This document shows, one piece after another, positions 1 through 15,838 of a stretch of 64,000 nucleotides of DNA (positions within the stretch are counted from its first letter, which is position 1; the number at the start of each line of letters is the position of its first letter). This DNA is from Eledone cirrhosa. Taxonomy: Eukaryota. The DNA is taken from positions 351,478,001-351,542,000 of the forward strand of contig OZ024741.1 of the NCBI GenBank assembly GCA_964016885.1, given 5' to 3'. A model generated the notes under the pieces. That model did not search any database. It saw only the letters and a program-made list of their open reading frames with translations, and was not told the DNA's origin. Both the position numbers and the translations under genes were made by a program.

Positions 1-84
1 CACGCACTGCGGTCGATTTAATCGACTTTCCCCTCCCCCAAAATTGCTGGCCTTGTTAAGAAAGCATTATAAGAAACCATTATT

Positions 85-1010
85 AGAACTTGTTGCAAAG
101 AAAGGCAAAGCGGGGAGATATCCCTCAGAGTCAGGCAAATAACGTGACAGTTGGAAAGAGCTCTTTGCATGATAACCAAATAGAAATACTCCCTGCATGA
201 TAACCCAAAATTTACATCCAGGGAAATTACCCAGCAACACCGTAATGATTCCGTGGATGAAAAACTGCATGCTTATCAGCAAAAAAATCATGCATGACTA
301 TGTTGCGACGAAGCTCCAAAGTAAGAATAATATAGGACACAAAAGTAGCCTATCTTCGATCATCAACCGCTATATTAGCTCTCAATTTGAAGAATATGTT
401 TTTGCAATCCAAGAGCAGGAAATAACTACAAAATACCTAATTCACAAAAGAGATAGGGATGCAGGTAAAACACCTAGATGTGACAACAGATGTAGACTTT
501 GCTGAATTAACATTGAAGGTGTCACTCACATCATAAGCAACTGTCCAAAGATGTCATTATGGTGCTATCTACCCATGAGGCATGATGTACCAAAACAATA
601 TACAATCCAATCCGTACAAAGGATAGCCCCGACAACAAACATATTAAAAGTTACAGCAAAGTGGAAGACATATACATAATATGAAAGCGTACTGGTAGAA
701 TGTTCCAGTCAAAACCGCAATAAAATGCAAACAGAACAAACCAGAGATAGAGATATGGGACAGAGAAAAGAAGGCATGTACATTAGAAGAAAACAGCTGC
801 CCAACATATGTCAATATAATGCTAAAGATCAGAGAAAAGAATATTTACGCTGAACTAATGAAGAATCTGCAGATACTCCACCCTGGCTCTACCTTTAGAT
901 TTATACCTGTGATCATTGGGGCTCTTAGATACGCCACTAACTCCCTCAGTACAAATCTTGAGAAGCTGCACTTCACAGAACCAGAAAGAGCACGTAAGAA
1001 TATGTAAAAC
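85..1010 (+). mobile_element. Degraded 3' fragment of R4/Dong-type (RLE) non-LTR retrotransposon
   Basis: ORF pieces FAIQEQEITTKYL...CDNRCRLC, RHD and IPVIIGAL are homologous to the copy at 8140-9194; many stops and frameshifts. Confidence 0.85.
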
Positions 1011-1219
1011 ATTAAACATTCTGCATTTAATAACTGCATATACACACGTATAGACACAGAAACATATGTACATTTACACATATAACTCAAAACATACAGA
1101 TCCACACATACAATAACATCCATACCTGCACGCACACACACGCGCGCGCGCGAGAGAGAGTTTTTTGTTTCCTGCTACGTCCAAAAAATAACAACACCAA
1201 CAACAAAAATAGTAAAAGT

Positions 1220-1440
1220 GGTTTCAGATTTAGCCACAAAGCCAACAACTTGCGGAAGGGAGCAGAAAGTCGTTTTAATCGACTCCAGTGCGTTACTGGT
1301 ATTTTATTTTATCAACCACGTGAGGATGAAGTGCAAAAGTTAACCTCCGCGAGATTTGAAATCAGAACGTAAAAAGACATAACTCTATGCTGCAAAGGAT
1401 GGTGCCTGACGCTCTACCGATACTGCCAATCTATCGGCCT
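1220..1440 (-). mobile_element. tRNA-derived SINE, family A
   Basis: Reverse complement of the head (gattggcagtatcggtaga...ttcaaatc) and tail seen at 23417-23620. Confidence 0.8.
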
Positions 1441-1580
1441 GGATAAAATTAGTAATAATAATAATTATCATAACACCACCTTATAACAAAAATAGTAATA
1501 ATAATTATTGCCATTACCTTCACTATCATAATGACAACTATAAATATAATGATCTAATCTGCAAAGTAAACAATTGTAGG

Positions 1581-2420
<840 letters not shown>

Positions 2421-2646
2421 AATAATGGAGCTGCGGCGTTGCAAATGGGATACATATGAAAAAGTGAGTCCTTCATCAGTGACCCTCCAACCGTCCTGGG
2501 CATTTCATCGCTTTAAGGGCCATATGCCTCGGGTTGGTGCGAACAACGGCTAAAAAAAGTCGTTGGGACACGTAAATAAAGGGGGACGCCAGAGTAACAA
2601 CAAAAAAGTTTTAGCAACGGAAAGTGAGTAGAAATAGACAAGTCCC

Positions 2647-2749
<103 letters not shown>

Positions 2750-2785
2750 TACACAATAATCAAAGTTATGTTCAAATCATTTTAT

Positions 2786-2832
2786 TGCTGACAATCGTTT
2801 CTTCCAAACTTTCGTTTGAAGTCATCGGAGCA
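2786..2832 (-). ncRNA. Minimal hammerhead, CCGAUGA core
   Basis: Minus strand reads tgct CCGATGA cttcaaac gaaa gtttggaa GAAAC gatt GTC agca. Confidence 0.7.
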
Positions 2833-3347
2833 CTAGCAATGTTTGTACATATAGTTAACCTCCTATTCAACTGAACAATCATGTAGATACATGAATATTA
2901 ATCGCATTACATCCACCATAAACTCGTAATTTTAATACACAAACACCTTTGCCTGCTTGATATGCTTGTAAACCTATGTTATTTTATGTGATACCTTTGC
3001 CATACAGTAATTATATATGCCTAGTACCATTGCTTGTCTCCTTCCTATATATGCCTAACACATTTGCACTCTCTACACGCTTGCATATGTACTGCTGGTG
3101 CCCTCGTTTTACGAGTAACTTTTCTCCTTAATGCCTCTTTAATTATTATACTATTCACTTGTGTTATCTGCCGCATGCATTCCACTCTGTGCTTTTTAAT
3201 TTTAATTATTGTACAATTCTCTTGTAATATATGTCGCATCCATTCCACTCTGTAAATACGAAACTGTTGTTGACAGCATTAATATCCATGTATCTACATG
3301 ATTGCTCAGTTGAATAGGAGGTTAACTATATGTACAAACATTGCTAG

Positions 3348-3394
3348 TGCTCCGATGATTCCAAACGAAAGTTTGGAAGAAACGATTGTCAGCA
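3348..3394 (+). ncRNA. Minimal hammerhead, CCGAUGA core
   Basis: tgct CCGATGA ttccaaac-gaaa-gtttggaa GAAAC gatt GTC agca, then AATAAA. Confidence 0.8.
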
Positions 3395-3801
3395 ATAAAA
3401 TGATTTGAACATAACTTTGATTATTGTGTAATTTATATTCCTGCTCTGTAAAACAACTGATGTTATTACATTGAGCTATTTTTCTTACTGGTAATAAGGT
3501 AGTAATAAATTACTGACCTTTCCTGTTTATAGTTGTATATAGTGTATACATAACTATAAATAGTATCATTATTATTATATATATATAGTAATAAGAATAT
3601 TTATATTTATATATGTTTGATACAACTATAAATACGGAGGGTAGTACTAAGTACTAGCCGGTTACCGGTATGACAAAAGGCTCAATGCAAATTTTCAAGT
3701 GTTTTACAGAGCCGAGATACAGAGTGTTAAAACGATCAAATTTTAGTTTAGAACATTTATTTGCTTATAAATGTTCTAAACTAAAATTTGATCGTTTTAA
3801 C

Positions 3802-3842
<41 letters not shown>

Positions 3843-3959
3843 ATATATCAGCGTGTATATGTGCGGTGGGTTGTTGTTGTTGTTCAGTAAGTAGCCAGGT
3901 GCAGAAATATATTTTCTTTATTTTGAATAAATATATTTTCTTTTATTTACTCGTATTTG

Positions 3960-4069
<110 letters not shown>

Positions 4070-4759
4070 GTGTGTGCAGGTGTGTGCAGGTGTGTAGCAA
4101 TGGCGATGTATTCCCTTCTCTATTCGGGTACAGAGGGTCATGTGATAACATAATTATAATGGCAACAACAATAGTAATAATGAGGATAGAAATTCCATTA
4201 TCAAGGTAAAGAATGTTACGTGTGTGTGTGGGGGGGGGGGTTTACAGTCTATTTAGACGTGGTTTGTATGTTTGAATATATATATTTTATTTATTTATTC
4301 GTATTTGACATCTGTGACATTATCTAGACAATGGTATAGAGGGAAAATCTGGAATTTAGCGAAATTATTCCCTGCACGCAAGTCTAAATATTCACAAAGA
4401 GTTTCTGTCTTGTGGTGAGCTCTCGTAATTGTTTGCGGTGAATATAAATATTCCTATCCCTGAGAGAAATAACAACACTTCACAACAGCTAAGGCGAAAC
4501 AACAACTGGTTGCAGCGAGAAAAGTTGGGAGAGGCACATGGGCTCGTCTAAAAAGAAGAAAAGAAAATCACACATATCGAGGTAACACTGTATATATGTG
4601 TGTTGCGCACCAGCTCTTCTTATTTCTGCATCTTGATCTCCATTTTAAAAAACCGAGCACACGCTTCCGTATATTCTTTCTCGATTGATGTAGCATGTAC
4701 CCTGTCGCATATCATCAAGAAAGACACACTCTTTCCTGGTGCACCTTTTTTCGTTCGGT

Positions 4760-4832
4760 GAAGAAGAAGAAGAAGAAGAAGAAGAAGAAGAAGAAGAAGA
4801 AGAAGAAGAAGAAGAAGAAGAAGAAGAAGAAG

Positions 4833-4874
<42 letters not shown>

Positions 4875-4950
4875 AACAGCAACAACAACAACAACAACAA
4901 AAACATCAACAACAACAGCAACAGCAACAACAATTACAACAACAACAACA
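4760..4950. repeat. Compound (AAG)n(AAC)n microsatellite
   Basis: Direct reading; source of the spurious poly-K/N/L/V ORFs. Confidence 0.95.
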
Positions 4951-5662
4951 TCACAGAATATCAATGTAGACTGTCAGCGAATAAGACGTTGGAATTAGTT
5001 GTACGGGAAGTTCATTTGATTTTGTTTAAAATATATAGAAAGAATACACTCCCACGAATTTGTGATTCAAAGCAGATATCTAAAAACAGGAAGCAGGTGT
5101 CCCAATGGAAAATTTAAAAATAGTTTGTTGTGTATTATTCAGGCCAGCCATGATTGTACAAGTCGATCAAAATTGAACCTATGATCAAGGGCATTCCAGA
5201 AATTTCTTTCTTTTTGTGGGAACGAAAGAGCTTTGCCCATTGTAACCTTCCTTATTGAAGACTGTAATATTTGTAATATACAAGAATTTAGCTGATACTT
5301 ATAGCAGATAAGGGACCATGTAAAGGCTCCATCGCTGGCCGGCTACTCACACACATACACACACACACACTACCACCACCACCACCAACACCATTCGAGG
5401 ACTGGGTCTAAAAATATTGGTTGTCAGGAAGAGACAAAGGGACCCATACACAGCTATAATACTACTATTTAATTTTTATATCGAATAAATAAAATTTTAA
5501 AAAGCGCCTTTCTATTTCTGTGTATGCAATTGACCATAACATTGTAAATTAAAAATACGGATTATAGAATGTATTAAAAATGTCTCACCTTCTCCAATAA
5601 AAAAGATCTTGTGAAATATACACATCCACAAAATAGCAGTAATGAGCTTCGGTTTCCACAGT

Positions 5663-5737
<75 letters not shown>

Positions 5738-6619
5738 ATGGAAACTATCTTTATAAAACCATATTTATTTTATTATATATATTTCAAGGGTACCAACATT
5801 TTTGGTACGCTATCATCATAAAATACAAAAGTTGTTTTACAGATTGTGACATATTCAAAACTAGAACTTAGAGTTTTGAGTTCTGTTCGAATATATATAT
5901 ATATATAACCACAATATATATATATAACCACAATATATATATATAACACAGACTCACAGCTAGAGCTTCTAAAGCAAGCAGGGATTTATGCCCAACGAAG
6001 CCGAAGGAAGCTATAACCACTTCTAAATTCTCCCTTCTTCTAGTTGGCAAAACCAGAAACAAAAACATTCTTCTTTCAGGCGCCAGGAGCAGATTGAACT
6101 CAGAACAGTCTTTTCTAATTAAAATTAGCAGTTATACAATTACATAACCAGCAATTATACAATTACATAACCAGCAGTTGTATCACTAAACCACCAAGAC
6201 TGTTCGAAATTTTAAACATTTAAAAAAGTTATATTGCAAATATTAACCTTTCGAATATTTATGGTCTTTTCTACTTTACAATTACGTATTGATTTGCTGG
6301 ATTATTCTACATCGATACCGATACCGGTTTCGGTTATTCTATCAATTATTAAAGACTAAAATTTACTTTTATTTATTTAATTATTTTCACAATATCACTT
6401 TTAGTAACTAGAAGAAAATCAAAATATATACGTATCTCCACCGCCAGTACACATAATATAGCGAACATTTTTTCATAGATAATCGAAATACAATGGCTAA
6501 GGTAAATAAGCATAGTTTCTAATAACGGAAATACTGAAGAATGTATCACCCCCACCATATCCTATCAGCATCACATTGCATAACTTAATAGATCCTCCAG
6601 TTTAAATTTTGGTCGGGTC

Positions 6620-9418
6620 TCCCTATTATCCTACTGGGGTTGACAATATAAGCTGATCACCGTCAAACAAGAATTGAGAGCTGTTAGCGAAAAACACCGA
6701 TACCTGAAGAAGGTAGATGAGAGAAAAGTGCATAATAAAAGATTCGGACGAAACCAAACATCAGTCTATAGAGATATGAAGGGCAGAAAAACATAGATTC
6801 CTTTTGGAGCAAAATATGGGTGAAAAGAAGAATTTCAACCAAGATGCAGTGTGGCTAAGAGAAATCCGAAAGAACTATTGCTCCTACACGACAACAAAAA
6901 CACGAAATAAGTAAGGGTACCCTTGAGACTGTGATAGGAAAACTCCAAGATAAGAAAACACCAGGAAGAGACATGATTGTCGGCCACTGGTACAAAAAAC
7001 TGATATTCTATCGGAGGTATCTTACTGACCTCTACCAACAAGTTCTTAAGGGAGATACACTTATACCAGAATGGTTGACATTAGCACAAACATTACTGGT
7101 CCCCAAGAACAAAGACACCCACTTGGCAAAAAACTACCGACCCATTGCATGCCAGAACCTGATGTATAAGATGTATACAGCCTGCCTGAACCTATTCCTC
7201 CAAGATCACTGTGAAAATAATAACATCATCACAGATGAACAAGCAGCTGGAAAGAAAGGGGTTTGGGGATGTGCTGAACAACTCCTAATCAACAAAACTG
7301 CGATGTCTGAGGTGCGACAACTTAGGAGGAATATGGCTACAGTCTGGCTGGACTACAGGAAGGTTTTCGATTCTGTTCCTCACTCTTGGATGATAGAGGC
7401 CCTCCAACTTGCTAAAGTTCCAGACATTGTTGTCAGAGCCATAGAGAGGCTGTCTTCTTCTTGGGCTACTATTCTAAGGTTAAAGACAGAGAGGGAGGAC
7501 CCTATTTTCACTGATAAAATAAAATATTGCAGGGGTATATTTCAGGGGGACAGTCTCTCTGTGATATTATTCATCTTGTCATTAAATCCCTTGTCCTTTC
7601 TGCTCAAGAAATGTGATTGATACATCATTGGCTCACAGGAGGACAGAAATACGATCTGAAACTCTATGCCAATAACATGGATGGGAGATGAAGAAAAATC
7701 TTGACCTGGTTACAACGTTCTCAAAGGATATAGGAATGGAGTTTGGCCAAGATAAATGCTCATACATGACTGTAAAGCGGGGAAAAACAACAACCCAATC
7801 TAGCAACATTATCATCAATGGCCTAACTGTTTCACCGATATCTGATGAGGACTGCTACAGATACCTGGGGATAGATGAGAACATATCCTATAATGGTATC
7901 TGTAATAAAGAAGGCGTAACCAGGGAATACTATACCCAATTAAGAAAGATCTGGTCATCGGAACTCTCTGCGCAAAACAAAACAGTGGTTCACAATGTGT
8001 TTTCTGTGCCTGTCCTAACACCAGCGTTTAGAATACTCAAATGGACGATAGACGAAATCCGAGCAGTTGATGTTGGAACTGGAAAAATACTGAACAACAC
8101 CGGAAACTTCCACATCAACAGTGACATAGACGCATTTACTTGAAACGTAATCAGGGAGGCAGAGGCCTAACATCAGTCCAGACAACATTTGAATGTCGCA
8201 TCATATCTCTCCGTCAACATCTACGAACCTCGAAGCGTAGGAGCCCGTTTCTCGAGCAAGTCTATCTGCATGAAACAGATACGATCATGAGAGTTGGGAA
8301 GGAAGTCCTTGAGAGATACTCCCTGTGTGATAATCAAAACCTCACACCCAGGGATGTCGCTCAGCAGTATCAGAGTGAATCCATGGATGAAAAACTCCAT
8401 GCTTATCAGCAAAAAATCATGCTTGGATATGTTGCCAGGAAGCTCCAGAGTGAGAGTAATATAGATAAGGAAAGTAGTGTATCTTGGACCAACAACCGCT
8501 ATATTGGCTCCCACTTTTGCAATCCAGGAACAGGAGATTAACACGAAATACCTGATTCACAAAAGAGATAGGGATGTAGGCAAAACACCTAGATGTGATA
8601 ACAAGTGCAGACTCTGCAGAACTAACATCGAGGATATCACCCATGTCATCAGCAGCTGTCCAAAGATGGCATCGCGGTACTATCTACCTATGAGGCATGA
8701 TGTAGTGGCCAAAACACTGTACAATGCAGTTCGTAAGAAAGATAGCACCGATAATAAACACATTAAAAGGTACAGCAATGTGGAAGACATCCATGTACAT
8801 AATATAAAAGAGTACTGGTGGAATGTTCCAGTAAAAACCCCAATAAAATGCAGGCATAATAGACCAGATATTATGATATGGGACAGGGAGAAGAAAGCAT
8901 GCACAGTAGTGGATATTTAGCTGCCCAGCATATGCCAATATAATATCAAAGATTAGTGAAAAGGAGAATATTTATGCAGAACTGATGAGAAATCTGCAGA
9001 TATTCCACCCTGATTACACCTTCAGATTTATGCCTGTGATTATTGGGGCACTGGCGTGTGTTAGTAACTGCCTCAATCTTGAGAAGCTAGGCTTCACAGG
9101 AACAGAAAGAACACAACTAGTTAGGAAATTGCAAGTACAATCCATTAATGGAACAGTAAAAATATGTAAAACATTCCAAAAATTTTGTATCTAATAACTG
9201 CATATACACATGTACAGATGCAAAGCATATACACATGCACACATACAACTCAAAACATCCACATCCACACATACAATAACATCCATATCTACACATGCAT
9301 ACATACATATCTACCTAGTTGATGTTGTGTAAATTCCAATGAGAGAGTCTTGTGTCTTTGTTAGAAACCGACTCTCTCTCTATTGGTAAAACTTTGTGAA
9401 ATTATAAAACCAGAAGAA
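6620..9418 (+). mobile_element. R4/Dong-type RLE non-LTR retrotransposon, 5'-truncated, inactivated
   Basis: RT motifs NYRPIAC, WLDYRKVFDSVPH, GIFQGDSLS; catalytic YxDD segment deleted near 7650; CCHC (CRLC...H...C), RHD, NRPDI nuclease; 3' UTR hairpin near 9337-9385; ends in (CATA)n. Confidence 0.9.
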
Positions 9419-9443
9419 CATACATACATACATACATACATAC

Positions 9444-9474
<31 letters not shown>

Positions 9475-9477
9475 CAT

Positions 9478-9884
9478 GGTGGCTGCCAACTCGTTTTCGA
9501 GTACGGCCACTACTTTATATCCATGTAGGAGAACCCCTACCGATGCGCTGAACGAGTGTGACTTTTTAGTCCAGCCAGCGACTTGAAAACTCTGGTACAA
9601 ACACTACACCTGGGACAATTATTGACACATAGTGCTGGGCCCATGGTACCATGTGACGACAAGTGCAGAGAGATCTCCAGATATAAAGCAATGTCTGTGC
9701 CGTGAAGCTTTTATAGTGAGCAAAGGCACTGCACAAAGCCAGTCCCACTCTCTTAACCAAGATGATATTTACCAAAAAGAAGAACAAGTCAACATCATTG
9801 GATACCATCAGGGTTGCAGGTGTTATATCAGAGTTTTCCTTCTCCTAGAATTCTGCCTTGACAAAGGCTAAGGGGTCATCTCTC
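9478..9884 (-). mobile_element. 5'-truncated copy of the RTE-derived non-autonomous element
   Basis: Near-identical reverse complement of 22300-22710; (TACA)n on both sides. Confidence 0.85.
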
Positions 9885-9939
9885 CCATACATTCATACAT
9901 ACATACATACATACATACATACATACATACATACATACA

Positions 9940-9972
<33 letters not shown>

Positions 9973-10840
9973 GTGTGTCTGTGCGCGCGCAAGTTTAGAA
10001 TAAATGCTGTGTAGCGTCGGAAAATTCTGTAAATCCAAATTGAAAACGGAATGAAACGATATAAATGGATCAAACAAACAATTTCCAATCTTCAGCCATC
10101 CGTTCTGAGCGCGGATATAGAAAGATTTCAGTATATAAAGGATGGTATTTAAAACATTCATAACATATCACAGAAACTGTTCGGGATAAAAACAAGGAGG
10201 AAAAGGGGCGAATAATGAGGCAAAATAGATTAGTCACAGCCCAGGGACAAATAACAGCATACAGCGTAATCGTTAGATTACATGAGACAATTATCATAAG
10301 AGACAAGAAGAAAAATAAACGTTACATTCTGACGAATAAGCTGAAATGTAGAATATGGAAACTGTTTAAACTAAATTTTAAAAGTCGGTCGTTAAACTAA
10401 AAGCAGAAGGGACGTGGCATGAAAAAACACAAAGCTAAAGCAAATGTAAAGTGGCTTTAAGACCGAAGGAACGTTTCATTCCTTCTCCAATTTGATTTAC
10501 AGAATTGTCCGACGCTACTAAACTGGCATTCATATTACCTATTCTAACCATTTCCTTCCTTCGGACCTTACATACTTTTTGTCCGAATTCTCTCCCCCTT
10601 TTTGCCCACCTATTATTCTTTCTTTCACCTCGCTCTACTCAACAGGTAGCACGAAACTTGTTTGGTCTTAAAGTTACATTTTATTTGCTTTAGTGTAGTG
10701 TTTCTTCGTGTTCCTTCGCGTCTGATTTCTTTTTAGCGACTGGCTTCGCTAATTATTGCATGCTAATGAAATCTCACACAGACTTTCTCTCTCTTTTTCC
10801 TCCCTGTTCGGCTCTGTTGTCTACTAATAAATTCCGCACG

Positions 10841-10976
<136 letters not shown>

Positions 10977-11957
10977 AACTCTCTCCGAAACGCACATTCT
11001 CTACCCCTCACTCTCTCACATACTCACTTTATTTCTCTTTCCTCTTCCTTATTTGCTCTATCATCCGATAATCAAATCACACACACACATACTCTCTCTC
11101 TCTCCCTCTCTTTATTTTCCTCTTTCTCTTCTCGTTGCCCTGGGCCTATCGTCTGCTTATCAAATACCTCACACACAGTCTGTCAGTCTTTCTCTCTCTC
11201 TCTCTCTCTCCCCCCCTCTCTCTCTCTCTCCCTCTCTCTCTCTCTCTCTCCAGCTCTATCGTCTGCTAATGAAATTTTATAACCCCCCCTCTCTCTTTCT
11301 GTGTTTTGGCCTCATTGTCTGCTAATGAAATTTCATCATTTATTTACATTCCAGTGAAATTGGTTCAGATTTAATTAAAACTTTCAATATATTTTTTCGT
11401 CAATAGTAATTAAAACTTCTCTCTAATATAAAATACAGTTTACTGTACAATAAACAAAAAATAAGCAAGTAAAAAAGTAAGTTATATGGAATTCGGTTAA
11501 GTTTGGTTACGCCCACTAAAAGTCATAAACTCGGTTGGTGGTTGAAAGGGATCGAACGATTGACTGGATAATTCAGTAGGCGTAAGCATAGCTAAATGTG
11601 TGGTTTAAAAACATATGGGTCTGCGTTCTATTTCAAAGCACATAACTGTGGGTAAAATAAGTGTCTTCCGCCATAGCCTCGAGATGACCTTGTAAGTGGA
11701 ATTTGTTAGACGAAAACTGAGCAGAAGCCGTTCTATGTATTTGTTTATGTATCTATTTCTCTATCTATCTTTCTTCCCTCGCATATATATATATATATCT
11801 CTATATATATATAATTCTTTGTCTCCCTGTCTGTCTGTTCCGATGCATTCTCTAACGTACTGGGGTCGATTTAATCGACTTTCCCCTCCCCCCAAATTAC
11901 AAGCCTTATGCCTATAGTAGAAGGCATCATCATCATCATCATCATCATCATCATTAT

Positions 11958-12250
11958 TTTGTTGAAAGATGGGTGAGAGAGGCAAGCATGGCCCGAGTGA
12001 ATGGGCCTACTCTGAGTATGCGCCTGTAAATTGAAGGTGGTCAGGGTCACCGTGGCTTTTTTAATGGGCTTTCTCCACGAATGTCCCTCGGAAGTCTCCC
12101 CCTATTGGGGAATTTTTCATTGTTTCTTTTTTGTTATATCCTCTGTTTTTGTTTTTTACACGCAAAAAGGCCCATTTGTACCGTCTTGTATTGTCCTGTA
12201 TTGTCTTGTATTGTCCTTAATGTTTTACTTTGTGTAAACCCTAAAGAAAG
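11958..12250 (+). mobile_element. 3' end fragment of Tx1-like LINE
   Basis: FVERWV...VNG.TL..RL-stop plus 3' UTR similar to 15210-15590; lies between two family A SINE pieces. Confidence 0.8.
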
Positions 12251-12371
12251 CATTCCCGCCGAAGTTAACTTTGCCTTCCATCCTTACGGGGTCGATAAAA
12301 TAAAGTACCAGTAATACACTGGATAATTGCTGGCCTTGTGCCAAAAGTCGAAACAATTATTATTATTATTG

Positions 12372-12625
12372 TTCTTTGAGTCTCAGTCATTGCTGTTATT
12401 TAACTGGAAAGTTTGTTGAAATGAATATCAAGCCGCTACCTGCAGCCTCAGATATTCAGGACGTATCGGAGGGTTCTTGCTGTTCCCAGCAAGCATGCCT
12501 TTTGAAGTGTTCCAAAAAGCGGGGCTGGACTAATCTTCTTTAACCATTCTTGGAAACTCTTTGAGATAGTACCTAGTGCGCCTATGACAATCGGGACGAC
12601 CTTGATTTCATGGTAGTTCCAAATC
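12372..12625 (-). mobile_element. 3' end of Dong/R4-type element ending in (TAA)n
   Basis: Minus strand encodes VVPIVIGALGTISK...LQKACLLGTARTLRYVL and runs into the (TAA)n tail of a SINE. Confidence 0.8.
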
Positions 12626-12627
12626 CT

Positions 12628-15600
12628 TCTTTCCCGGCGCGCAAAGCCTACAGAGACCGGATTAGCGTATTAGTTAAGCGGGCGTTGACGGGAACTGTCG
12701 TCAACAACAGGTGGTGGTTCGCCCTGAAAAGGGCAATTAAAGTAGAGTCGATTAGGTTTAACAAAGGAGTAGTGATAGAGGAAAATAGAGTAGAAGGAGA
12801 GCTAGTCAGAAAGCTAGAAGAGGCGTTTAGGAGAGGCATCGCAACCGACGTGCTTGCGGCGAGATTGGCACTCGACCAATTCTTTAACGCAAAACACGAA
12901 GGCTGAGTTGTCAAAGCTGGAGAGCGTGCTCTGAAACACGAGGGGACAAAAGCCGTCCAATGGGCCCGGGTGGCAGAGGCGCGATGTGGCAACAAAGCCA
13001 CAATTCGGTCTTTGTCTGACCAAAACGGGTGCGTGATGCTCGAACCCAAGCGGATGTGTGAAGCTTTTCAGCAGCACTTTGCTGAACTGTTGGGGAGCGG
13101 CGGAGGCCCGGATCGGGGCATGGACTTCAGTGCATACCTCGACGGACTGCCTCGGCTCTCGACAACCGCAGCAGTGTTGTGAAAAGCCAATAACAGCCGG
13201 TGAAATACGGGAAGCGATGGCTAACTGCACAAGGGGTAAATCGCCAGGTTTGGATGGTCTGCCCTACGAGCTTTATGCATTTATGCCAACTTGTTCGGTG
13301 ACCTCTTGGCAGACGTCTACTGCAACTGGCAGCAGAACGGGAGCATTCCCAGTTTTGTGAGCCGGGGAGCAGTGCTGAGAAAAGACCCGAACAAGAGGGA
13401 TGTTATCGATAATTTCAGGCCCATAACTCTGCGTTTAGCAGAGTTCAAGATTTTGGCCAAGGTGTTAGCAACGAGGTTGGCGCTTGTCGTCAAGGGTTTG
13501 GTGGGAGAGGCGCAGACATGCGCCATTCCGGACAGATCCATACACGACAACCTCCACCTCAGGCGATACATCATGGAGAGGGTGGTTAAGGAACCTGGCA
13601 CGGGTGGGGCCCCGATCAACTTGGATCAATCCAAAGCATTCGATAGGGTCGACCATCGGTACCTGGCGGCGGTCCTCGAGGCAGCCGGTTTCGGGCCCGT
13701 TTTCAGGGGTTGGATCGCAGCAATGTACAGTGACATCTGCTCAGTTGTGAGGGTGAACGGTCACCTGTCGCAGCCGTTCAGCATCATTCGCTCAGTCCGC
13801 CAGGGTTGTCCCCTCTCGTCCCTCTTGTACGTATTGGCTCTCGAGCCATTACTGCACAAACTAGGGGCGATGAGGGGCGTCCCACGCGAACTAGGATGCG
13901 GGAAATCAGAGTCGGCTTACGCTGACGACGTCACCGTGGTGGTGTCAAGCACCAGACACGTCCAGATGCTCGGCACCGCTCTCAAGGAATACGAAGCGGT
14001 GACAGGAGCAAAGATAAACCAGGAAAAGTCGGTGGGCTTGCAGCCCGGCACCTGGAGAGGCAAGTCCATGCTGTCCGACAGCGTCGTGGGGCGTTGGACG
14101 GACAGACCGGTTAAATTGCTCGGGGTCTGGTTCGGACCGGACCTCCAGATGGAGAAAAACGGAACGAGGTGACGAGCAGGGTGGCCTCCCTCACCCAGAA
14201 ATGGGCCGAGAGGAAGCTGTCCCTGAAAGGCCGGGCGGAGGTGGCGAATGCGTACATCGCATCCGTCATCTGCACCGCCTCGTCGTCGTCCCTTGCTCCA
14301 GCTCAACTCTCACCAAAATGGAACGCCTCCTCTTCCGCTTTTTGTGGAAGGGACGCGCTCCCATGGTCAGACGATCCATCTGCTGTCAACACCTCTTGCG
14401 TGGAGGACTGGGCATGCCATGGCTGATAATGCGCATACATGCGCTGAGGCTGCGACATCTCTGGTGCTTCCTTGATGGTGAACAGGTGTGGTCGCCGTTC
14501 GCCAGGCACGTTTTCCCACAGCTCGTCTCCTTGACGGATCTGCAGTCCTGGGTCAGAACAAGAGAGAGGGATAGCGCTTGGAAACTGGAATGTATCCAGG
14601 CGCTCACTGCCCTCTGCCAGCTGGGCACCAGTATCGGTGGAACATCCACCTCGGCGTTCTATAGAGGACTGGTGGAGGGGAAGAGCGACGACATTCTCGG
14701 AGAGATCCTGGACGTCGAAGAAGATCAGCTGTTTGCTCTCTTGCGGAGAACTTTCAGCCCGGGGCCTATGGATAACTTCCAAAAGTCCCTGGCCTGGCAG
14801 TGCTACCGGGGAGCACTGCCGGTTCGAGATAAGCTCTATAGGAACGGAAGTGCCGTCAGCCGAGCCTGTCAGAGATGCGCGCAGAGCGACGAAACCGTCG
14901 TGCACGCACTCGTTCAGTGCCCGAGCATTGCTGACTTGTGGAGCTATGTCGAACAGTTTCTGTCGCGTGTAGGACTGATCCGGTTGTCGACTGAGTCCAT
15001 TGTGCATATGGTCTCGCCGTCTTTCTTCGAGGAGGAAGGGCAGGCGGTTTTCATCTGCCTGGTGACCATGGCGAAAGAGATTTTGTGGTGGACAAGGTTA
15101 AAAGGATTAAAGACAGACACTTTCCTCTTCGGCGAATCCCTAATTAACTTTTTCAAGTTTCACTTGAAGAGGAAAATCAGGGTGGAGAGGCAAGTGCTGC
15201 TTTCTAGCAAGTTTGTTGAAAGGTGGGTGAATGTAGCGAGAATGGTCCGAGTGAACGGGACCACTCTGAATATACGTCTGTAGTTTGAGAAATGGAAAAA
15301 TTGAGAGAGGGCGCTTGCCCTGGTGGTCAGGGTGGCCGTGGTCTTTTGTGTGGTTTTCGCCACGAGTAACCCTCGGAGGTTTCCTCCCTATTGGGGAATT
15401 TTTCATTGTTTCAATTTTCATTTTTATTGTTTATATATATATATGTTTCTATGTCTTTTTTTCTTTACTTATATAAATAATAAAAATCTTTACACGCACA
15501 AAACCCACATCGTACCGTCCTGTACCGTCCTGTGCCGTCTGTAATGTTTTTCTTGATGTCAGCCCTTGTGGCCAATAAAGAAATCATTATTATCATTATT
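12628..15600 (+). mobile_element. Tx1-like (L1 clade) LINE, 5'-truncated, frameshifted ORF2 with 3' UTR
   Basis: KSPGLDGLP, NFRPITL, LDQSKAFDRVDH, VRQGCPLS, AYADDV, C-terminal CQRC...HALVQC; ends aataaagaaatc(att)n. Confidence 0.92.
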
Positions 15601-15603
15601 ACA

Positions 15604-15838
15604 TCGAGGTTAACTTTGCCTTTCATCCTTACGGGATCGATAAAATAAAGTACCAGTAATGTACTGGGTATTTGCTGGCCTTGTGACAAAAGTAGAAACA
15701 ATTATTATTATTATTATCGGTCAAATCCCGCCGATGTAAACTTTACCTTTCATCCTTACGGGGTCGATAAAATAAAGTACCAGTAATACACTGGGTAATT
15801 GCTGGCCTTGGGCCTAACGTAGAAACAATTATTATTAT
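15604..15838 (+). mobile_element. Two head-to-tail 5'-truncated family A SINEs
   Basis: Repeated aactttrcctttcatccttacggg...gtagaaacaattattatt. Confidence 0.8.

Noticed and set aside
2440-2485. CUGAUGA on the minus strand
   Set aside because: No GAAA or stem I partner at a usable distance.
10325-10355. ctgacga...gaaa
   Set aside because: No stem II; likely chance.
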